Source of the DNA: Eledone cirrhosa
Taxonomy: Eukaryota
NCBI GenBank assembly: GCA_964016885.1
Contig: OZ024742.1
Coordinates: forward strand, 22,816,001-22,880,000
Length of the DNA: 64,000 nt
Reading direction: 5' to 3'
The translations under genes and the position numbers were made by a program. This document shows, in pieces, positions 55,301-64,000 of the stretch (position 1 is the first letter of the stretch; each line of letters starts with the position of its first letter). The notes under the pieces are model-generated. The model worked only from the letters and a program-made list of their open reading frames with translations, made no database searches and had not been told where the DNA came from.

Positions 55301-56670
55301 CAGTGCTTACTTGCCAGAGGAATTTACTCAGGACATCCAGGAACACGCTTAAATATTTCTGTTTATTACTGCTTATTACACGCTTAAATATTTCTGTTTG
55401 TTACCGCGGTGACTATAATCCCTCGAAGTTGTAACTGGAAGAAGTGCTATAGAAATGTATGTGCTCCATTGATTGGGCAGGATGTATGAAACTACATGTC
55501 TGGTCACTGAGACTAAGATTGAGACATGAGAAATGAAACAGGAGACAGGTAGATCTAGTGCAGCACAGGTCTGCTGGTCATGGGCATTAGCAGGAACGTT
55601 GACTACTGTCATATTTGTGCAAGAATATGAACATGTGGTAGAGCTGTAGATGACCTAGAATAGTATGTCGTTGGCTCGAGTCTGCTCGAATCTGAAATAC
55701 TACATGAACGACGGTGACCACAGGGTTATTGTGGCTATGTAACAACTTAATGGAAGATTACAAATTAGTTTAATGAAGATAGTTTTGTTGGGAAGCATCA
55801 AGCCATTTTACTAGACCTATAATAGTTAAGGTGAAAATGATAGAGGAATTGTTATCTAGAACAATAGTTGCTTATACCATTGGTTCTGAAAAATCTTCTA
55901 CATTTATCTGGTTTTAATTACTTTCCATAAAGCCAATGTAGTTTCTTTTGTTTCTATCCGCAGTTGATACGTTTGCCATCTACTGGATCACCATTGTGTA
56001 GATGCTGTAGATGCTGTGATTCTGCAATTGCTTAGAAAGTAGTTGGACAAAATGGCTTTATTTGTCTGACGTGGATCTTGGTTGGATATTTCAGATGGGC
56101 TAATATTTAAACAGGAATAAACTAATCTTTGAGCAGGCTTTGCTAATAATAATATAATGTGTCTATGTGTTATGGGAAAATGTTTATCTTAATAGGTTTG
56201 AATAAGTAATTCGATTCAAAATTTCTAGAATATTACCGATTACGAAGTTTGCCTGAAAATGTACTGAGTGTACAATATAGTGATTATAGTAACAGACATG
56301 TAATCAATATAGTGATTATAATAACAACCATGAGGAAAATATAGTCAGTACATATATCACGATGAAGACAGTAAGCCGAAAAAAATCAGTTTTTATTAAT
56401 GATAATCCCTCATAACAGAAACTCAGAGAAACTATTTTAGGCATGTTCTAGAAATTGTTTAGAACAAGAATTATCCGGTGAGCTAGGGTAATATTTACAG
56501 ATTAATCAAAGGAGGATGTTTAGAATAACCTCTACACCCTCAAGTTCAGGCATTCCCTTTCAATAACTCTACATCATAGGGGACCAAATGGTAGAACGTT
56601 CAAAGTAAACAAGATAATGAATAGATTCATTTTACTTTGGAAGAATAATGGACCAAGGATATCAAATACT

Positions 56671-56760
<90 letters not shown>

Positions 56761-59139
56761 ATGTGTGTGTGTGTGTCTATGTGTGTCTGTGCGTGTGTGT
56801 GTAAATGTATGTCTGATTGTTTGCGTGGGTGAGAGGAAGCGCTAGAGAAAGAGAAAGTCTAATTTTACACATAGCAGTCCATAATAGAACGCCTATCATT
56901 AAATTATAAGATCAATGATATGATATATTGATTAGATTACCAACTGTCATGGCGTCTGGGAATATTGAAATTATTGATTTGATCTGAACCTATCATATAT
57001 AATTGTTATACAATAATTTTCGGTTCAGCTAACAGGAAAAAGTGCTAAAGGCAGGCTATAAGTATTCAACTTGATCTATATCGACGTTATATAAACCACA
57101 AAAGATGTAGAAAGCGTCAAATATCTTGTTCGGTATTTAAAGGTTTTGTCTTTAATGATTTTGTGTATAATAATAGACATTCCCCACGAGAAACGTTTGC
57201 AGGAGTTTCAGCAAATGCGGTATAGTGATGTCCATGCATTTCTCCTAATGGAGTGGTATACTGGTAATCTTAATTGAGTCTTATGTGTAATTATTCATGA
57301 CTATTTTACTATTTAGTAAGGGAGGGCAGAGCAATGCGGATAAACCTTTCGAGAACGTCTGAAGCTGGTGGGTCAATGAACACATGCCAATACTGAAAGT
57401 AAAGGGCGTTTGATAACAAACAACATATTTAGAGAAAACAAGCAAGCTAACATCAAATAGTTAATGAGGCGTATATATTATATTACTGACTGAGTTAGAA
57501 TTATAATGTTGATATTTTGTTGGTAAAACAATATTCTGGCAGCTTCGTTGAGTAAATGGAACGAACAAGTATTCATAGATTTTCTCACTAGTTGAACAAA
57601 CAATATTTCCCGGAGGTAAGTGATTGTACTAATCATTTTATTAGCTAATTACTTGGAGTAGATTGCCCAGAGATGCCATATATACGGAAAATAGCAGTCA
57701 AGTTTCAGTCATCAAATATAATATCGTGTTGAAAGAAAATCTAATTAATCGATAATTCTTCATTAGTGAGAAAAAGAAACACCTTTAGCTCTATGACTGA
57801 TATTAATTTGATTTTGGCAACGGTAGGCGGAAACGAAGTTCGAGTATATTTTGGACAGATTTCCTCAGAAAAGCATAGTATTCGTTATAATAACCACACT
57901 GGTGATGAGGATATCAGTATATGTAAAATAATCATCTAGACCAGAGGGTGTCAAATATTATTGCAATAAATGGAGAAACTATAAACATGTTAGTTATTTA
58001 TTCCTAAGTAAACTTTAACACAACATCTCTATGGTCACATGTTCTAGACAGTCTATCTTGGAGTACATTATACATTTGTCCTTCTACTTAAGAATTAGAA
58101 GATGTTTTCAGACATAGACTATCTTGGACTACATTATCAATTTTTCCTTTAATTTTCTAAGGCTCTCACATGTCCCAGGCATAGGCTACCTTAGATTACA
58201 TTATCTACCGTGTCCGTCTGTTGACCAAGACTCATAAATATTTTCAGCAGTAGTCTATCGGAGGGTATATACATCTAGCCCAATGCATGGATAAGTGAAA
58301 TTGGGTAAACGGAAAGTTTTGGAGGCTTGTCGGATGGGATGTACCAGTAATTTAAAATGTTAGTCTCATTATACATCGTGTTACTCTGAATCTCCAGTAG
58401 AATTACGTTAATGTTACACATATCTGTAAAATGCCGAGAGTCATTTACACGTAGGTTGTTTCGTTGATCGACAAGTTGGAACACTCATCATCGCAACCGA
58501 CTGAGATCCATTCCCCACTATAGTATATATGATAGCTTTGATTGCAGTACAGACAGCAACATCATAATGGGTATAATACAATAAATAACACTTTTAATAA
58601 TTGAGTTCAAACAATGAAATAGAGAAATATGTATTTCTGAGGTGCAGCTGCAAAGTCATACGTACACATACAGCTACATGACCATCCCTGAACGCAACAC
58701 TTTCTCTCACACACACACATACACATACACTCACATAAACAGACACAATCACACATATACACAGCCACAACCACACGCACAAGAAAGCACATACACACAC
58801 AACCACGCCAGCACGCAACACTTTCTCTCAAACACACATGTACATACACTCATACACCGACACACAACTACACATACACACACAACGACGCCTGCATGCA
58901 AAGCTATCACTCTCACACACCACACATATACATGCACTCACAGAACCACACACAACTACACATACACAGACAATGACGACTGCACGCAACACTCTCTCAC
59001 ACACACAGTCACACACACACACTCAAATGCATGCGCACAACTACACACAGCAACGCACAAATACAGGCACACCGACACCCCCCACCCCCAAAGAAGAAAA
59101 AACACAAATTCACACAAACACACACATTCATGCATACAC

Positions 59140-59181
<42 letters not shown>

Positions 59182-59569
59182 GCATACACGCAACCACGCT
59201 CGCATACAAAATGAAACACACACAAATACTCATACAAGCACGTACATACACACGCATACCCTTGCACACATATGCACCCACCCACACACAAATGCACACC
59301 TAGGCACACACACACAGAGAAAGTGAGAGATAATAATAGGATAAGTGAAAATAATGGTTTATGATTTAGACACAAGGCGAACAATGTTGGGGAAGGGGTC
59401 GATTAAATCGACCTCAGTGTATTGCCGGTACTTTATTTGATCGAACCCCGTACGGATGAAAGGAAAGATAACATCGGTAGGATTTCACCTCAGATTACAA
59501 AAGGCCTTAACCCTATGTTAGAAAACATGTTGTCCGATGCTCTAACGATTACTACCAAGCAATAGGCTA

Positions 59570-60082
59570 CGCCACTTCACACACACCTGAACCAGAAAGC
59601 CACGCGTCATCACACACAACACAAAGCCCGGTCTAGGAATTGAACTCACGACATTGTCCAATCCTATGTCCTATACCCTAAACCCTAAACCATAAGCCAT
59701 GCCCCTTTACACAAAACCTGATCCACGAATCGAACTCAACTCACGACATTATGATCCTAAGTTCAAATACGTAAACAGTAACCGCTAAGCCATGGACCTT
59801 CACACACACCCGGTCAAGGAATCGAACTCATCTGACCACATTATGATCCTATGTCCAACAACCTAAACAATAAACGTTAAAGCATGCGCCTTCACACACA
59901 CACAAACCGGTCAAGGAATCGAACTCATCTAACCACATTACGATCCTAAATTCAACAGCCTGAACAATGATCACTAAACCATGCACCTTCACACAAACAC
60001 GATCCAGTCCAAGACTCGAACTTAACTCACGACATTATAATCCTAAGTCAAACACCCAGACCACGAAGCCACCGGCCTTCAT
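59570..60082 (-). repeat. Tandem decayed copies of the family B SINE tRNA-like head (about 100 nt each)
   Basis: Recurrent GGAATCGAACTCA (B-box complement) and AAGCCATGCGCCTTCAC. Confidence 0.75.
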
Positions 60083-60369
60083 CTTCCACATTAATATTCC
60101 GTATATTTAAATATTCAGCCATATTTCCGTATTTATTCAAGTGATTACAGTAATATTATAATTACATAGAAGTCTCTGTTCCCCAGGTAATATTTTGTTA
60201 ATTATATTTATTAACTGGTGTTTATTAATTGTTATTATTACTTTATTGATTCTGTCTTTTCAATCTGTCATAACCATTCATTCAGTTTCTGCTGTTCTGT
60301 TATTAGATTAAACTGGACCATGAATAGGTGAGATAATACAGACAAACATACGTATACAGAAGAACACAT

Positions 60370-60448
<79 letters not shown>

Positions 60449-60626
60449 ATTTAGTATATCTACTAACATATGCGTACAGATGTACGCTAATGCTAGCAAA
60501 TACATAAGTTATGTCATAGTACCTTGGTGGTTCAATGCAGGAGGATGCAGAACAATAATATGAAAGACGTAAAATAAGAAAATGTTAAAAAGAATTAAAA
60601 AAATTAACTTACTTACTAAAATTTTC

Positions 60627-60708
60627 ACTCCAACTAATTAGTTTCTGCAATGGGATAAAGACAGTTACGTAATATAACCGTCGAGAATTCATTGCGTCAT
60701 CAGGGAGT
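60627..60708 (-). ncRNA. Type I hammerhead ribozyme, monomer 1
   Basis: ACUCC-CUGAUGA-cGCAAUG..GACGGUUAuauuacgUAACUGUC..CAUUGCa-GAAACUAAUUAGUU|GGAGU. Confidence 0.92.
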
Positions 60709-61167
60709 CTATTCTCAGCTAAGTCGCCAGGCAATGCGCGGACACTGGGGACTCATATAAAAATAATAATAATTCGGTAGATGGAACAGCTAGCGGGGAC
60801 TGGATTCCATGCACTGAAAAGCTCGCTGTCTCTGGTCAAATGGCAGATTCTAAAGAATCAATCACGCGACACTGAGGCTAGTCGGTAGGAGTGGGATGGT
60901 AAGATGACAGAAGCCTACTACCACACCAATAAATTAGTAGTGGTTTTGGCAGGTTTGCTCAACAAATAAATAATTTGGAGATAAATAAAGAGAATTTAGT
61001 ATATCTACTAACATATGCGTACAGATGTACGCTAATGCTAGCAAATACATAAGTTATGTCATAGTACCTAGGTGGTTCAATGCAGGAGGATGCAGAACAA
61101 TAATATGAAAGACGTAAAATAAGAACATTTTAAAAAGAATTAAAAAAATTATCTTACTAAAATTTTC

Positions 61168-61249
61168 ACTCCAACTAATTAGTTTCTGCAATAGGATAAA
61201 GACAGTTACGTAATATAACCGTCGAGAATTCATTGCGTCATCAGGGAGT
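61168..61249 (-). ncRNA. Type I hammerhead ribozyme, monomer 2
   Basis: Same as monomer 1 except for one G-C to G-U change in stem II. Confidence 0.92.
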
Positions 61250-61775
61250 CTATTCTCAGCTAAGTCGCCAGGCAATGCGCTGACACTGCGGACTAATATA
61301 AAAATAATAATAACTCGGTAGATGGAACAGCTAGCGGGGACTGGATTCCATGCACCTAAAAGCTCGCTGTCTCTGGTCAAATGGCAGATTCTAAAGAATC
61401 AATCACGTGACACTGAGGCTAGTCGGTAGGAGTGGGATGGTAAGATGACAGAAGCCTACTACCACACCAATAAATTAGTAGTGGTTTTGGCAGGTTTGTT
61501 CAACAAATAAATAATTTGGAGATAAATATAGAGAGTTTAGTATATCTACTAACATATGCGTACAGATGTACGCTAATGCTAGCAAATACACAGGTTATGT
61601 CATAGTACCTAGGTGGTTCAATGCAGGAGGATGCAGAACAATAATATGAAAGACGTAAAATAAGAAAATTTTAAAAGAATTTATTATAATAAATAAACGA
61701 AATAGATTTATATACGAAATAGATTTATATATATATACATATATACGCACACTCACCCACACACACATATATAAC

Positions 61776-61879
<104 letters not shown>

Positions 61880-62144
61880 TATATGTGTGTGTGGGTGAGT
61901 GTGCGTATATATGTATATATATATAAATCTATTTCGTTTCTGAATTTGTTTAGCAAGATTCTTTATCTGAAATCGTGTGTTGAAACCGATATTGTTATAC
62001 TTTGGGAGGGTCACGTTGCCAATAAGAAACACACGCACCAGTTGCTTTCACTTCAATTTATTATAATAAATTTATAATAAATTTATAATTTTATAAATTT
62101 CTGGTTGGTTGGTTGGTTCCACAACCAGATAGTTGTTTATATAT

Positions 62145-62189
62145 AGTCATAGTTCTTTCGTCACACACTCTGTGACCTCTTCAGTGACT
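62145..62189 (-). ncRNA. Minimal type I hammerhead ribozyme in the PLE 3' UTR
   Basis: AGUCA-CUGAAGA-gGUCACagaguguGUGAC-GAAAGaaCUA|UGACU. Confidence 0.85.
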
Positions 62190-62389
62190 GGGGATTCCTT
62201 TCTTTGTTTCTGTGCCTCTCCTTTGTTCTGTCCTACGCCATTTTATTTCTGTGTGTGTGTTGTGTGCTCAAAGTGCGCATGCGCCACATCCGGGTGTCTG
62301 TGTGTGTTTATGTTCATTTATTTATTTGTTTATTTACATGTTACTGGTTGGTTGTTTGTTCTATGTGTGTGTGTGTTTTCATTTTGTCC

Positions 62390-63280
62390 TTAATTGTAAG
62401 TTGTGATGTTGCTGTTCCACTCATATTTTCTATTTAATTTTGGTTGTAATTCTTTTATGTTTATTGCCTCTGTAATTTGTCTAAACATTGCGTCTTTTCT
62501 GTGTGTAGATTCTATTTTTATTTCTATGTTCTCTAATTTACCCTTGTGTTGTATTTTAGAATGTTGGTAGAGTACAGATGATTCTTTATTATCTTGAAGG
62601 TCTCGCCAGTGTTCATTTATCCGTTCTCCTACACTACGAGCTGTCTCACCTATGTACACTATATTTTTGTCTCTACATTGTCCTTCAGTACATCTTATGC
62701 TATACACTACATTTCTAGTTTTACAGTTAATATGGGGGCTTATTTTACAGGTTATACATTTCTTATCTATATATGAGGGGCTTTGAAAAGGGTATATCTT
62801 GCTAATACGTGTTTTTACGGAGGTACCTGGTCTTTCTACTATCTTAATATTGAGTTTATGTTTATTTAGGGCCCTTCTAAATTTGTAAGCTAATTCACCT
62901 CTAGGGGTTGTATCGATGAACATTACACTCTGGTATTTATTGCTATCATACCATGAGTTTATTCTATTGGCCTTGTTCCTAGTTCTTTCTATTCTATTCC
63001 AAAATTTGCTCCTATACAAGGTGCAGGTCCCATTTATGTCATTATTTACCATTTTTTCCCATTTGGTTCTGGCTCCTCTATACACTCTGATTTTATCTCT
63101 CTGATTGTAGCCAGAGAACTGCATACGGTGGATGAAGTGTTGTATGTGTCTCTCCAGTTCTTCGGGGTTGCACATGCGGGACACATTTCTCATCACCCGT
63201 ACCAAATCCGCAATCAGTATGTTGATTTTGGTATGGTCCGAAACGGCCGAGTTTCGGTGGATCAGATGTTTGGAAGTCAT
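62390..63280 (-). CDS. PLE RT thumb, linker and GIY-YIG endonuclease (partial)
   Basis: KPM..IHRNSA..RVMRN..SGY..TPRGELA..VERPG..CITC..CKTRNVVYSIRC..YIGETARS..R..EH..RQITEA..LNRKYEW. The frame is open but truncated upstream. Confidence 0.88.
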   Translation of the reverse strand: MTSKHLIHRNSAVSDHTKINILIADLVRVMRNVSRMCNPEELERHIQHFIHRMQFSGYNQRDKIRVYRGARTKWEKMVNNDINGTCTLYRSKFWNRIERTRNKANRINSWYDSNKYQSVMFIDTTPRGELAYKFRRALNKHKLNIKIVERPGTSVKTRISKIYPFQSPSYIDKKCITCKISPHINCKTRNVVYSIRCTEGQCRDKNIVYIGETARSVGERINEHWRDLQDNKESSVLYQHSKIQHKGKLENIEIKIESTHRKDAMFRQITEAINIKELQPKLNRKYEWNSNITTYN

Positions 63281-63563
63281 GGGTTTGGCATAATGGGAAT
63301 GGAGGATTTGTTTTCTTTTGTTAATGGTATCTAACCAGAGCTCTGTGTAGGAACAAGGCTAATAGAATAAACTCATGGTATGATAGCAATAAATACCAGA
63401 GTGTAATGTTCATCGATACAACCCCTAGAGGTGAATTAGCTTACAAATTTAGAAGGGCCCTAAATAATCATAAACTCAATATTAAGATAGTAGAAAGACC
63501 AGGTACCTCCGTAAAAACACTTATTAGCAAGACATACCCTTTTCAAATATATATATATGCATT

Positions 63564-63626
<63 letters not shown>

Positions 63627-64000
63627 ATATTAAATAAATGGAAACTATATTTATAAAACCATATTTTTTCTATTGTATATATTTCAAGGGTACCAAAAAC
63701 ATTCATCAGATAAAATACAAAGAGTGTTTTATAAACTTTGACGTAGCCAAGGAAATCATACCTTATCAGTTGAATTTTCTTGGGTATATCATTAAATATT
63801 TACTCTTGGGTATATCATTGAATATTTCCTCCAGAAAACTGACGAGTGCTCTGAATCAGTTATAAACATTTATATTTGTTGTATTTTCAACAAATTAAAT
63901 ATCCCTTCTACTTATAAATATATATATATATTTATATATACACATATATATGATAAAGAACACAAAAGCGTGTATTTGCATACATAGATACAAACATATA

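Larger units (their letters stand above)
60444..61680 (-). mobile_element. Tandem 541-545 nt non-coding repeat (about 2.3 copies) with one HHR per monomer; retrozyme-like
   Basis: Units start at about 60444, 60989 and 61530, differ by only scattered substitutions, and abut (TA)n(GA)n. They have no credible ORF. Confidence 0.92.
61925..63546 (-). mobile_element. 5'-truncated Penelope-like element (Naiad-like) with a 3' HHR and an inverted internal duplicate at 63348-63546
   Basis: Contains ORF 62390-63280. The 3' end shares GAAATCGTGTGT.GAAAC.GATATTGTTATACTT.GGGAGGGTCA with 31074-31118. 63348-63546 is the reverse complement of about 62783-62980. Confidence 0.88.

Noticed and set aside
55400-58500. 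Unique-looking stretch that may be an ancient minus-strand LINE or hold an exon (GAG|GTAAGT near 57615)
   Set aside because: Only vague motif resemblances and no sustained frame. It needs a translated search.
59670-59692. CCCTAAACCCTAAAC telomere-like repeat
   Set aside because: Only two units, inside a decayed SINE-head array.

Overview
AT-rich, microsatellite-saturated animal genomic DNA. The SINE families and repeat style suggest a cephalopod such as Octopus (inference). I can support no host protein-coding exon, and most ORF-track entries are translated simple repeats. The window contains two R4/Dong-like LINEs (one with a clean 5' inversion), CRE and RTE fragments, four Penelope-like element (PLE) remnants (RT/GIY-YIG), a decayed mariner, a decayed Helitron, and many copies of two tRNA-derived SINE families. 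The main result is a dense set of type I hammerhead ribozyme (HHR) motifs, all folded by eye. Some lie in the 3' regions of coding PLEs. Most lie in at least six unrelated non-coding units (unit length about 415-545 nt where measurable) that sit in (TA)n tracts and show tandem or circularly permuted and fold-back architecture. The clearest is a 541-nt tandem repeat at 60444-61680 with an intact HHR in each full monomer, as expected for a retrozyme producing small circular RNAs. Ribozyme activity and expression are untested predictions.
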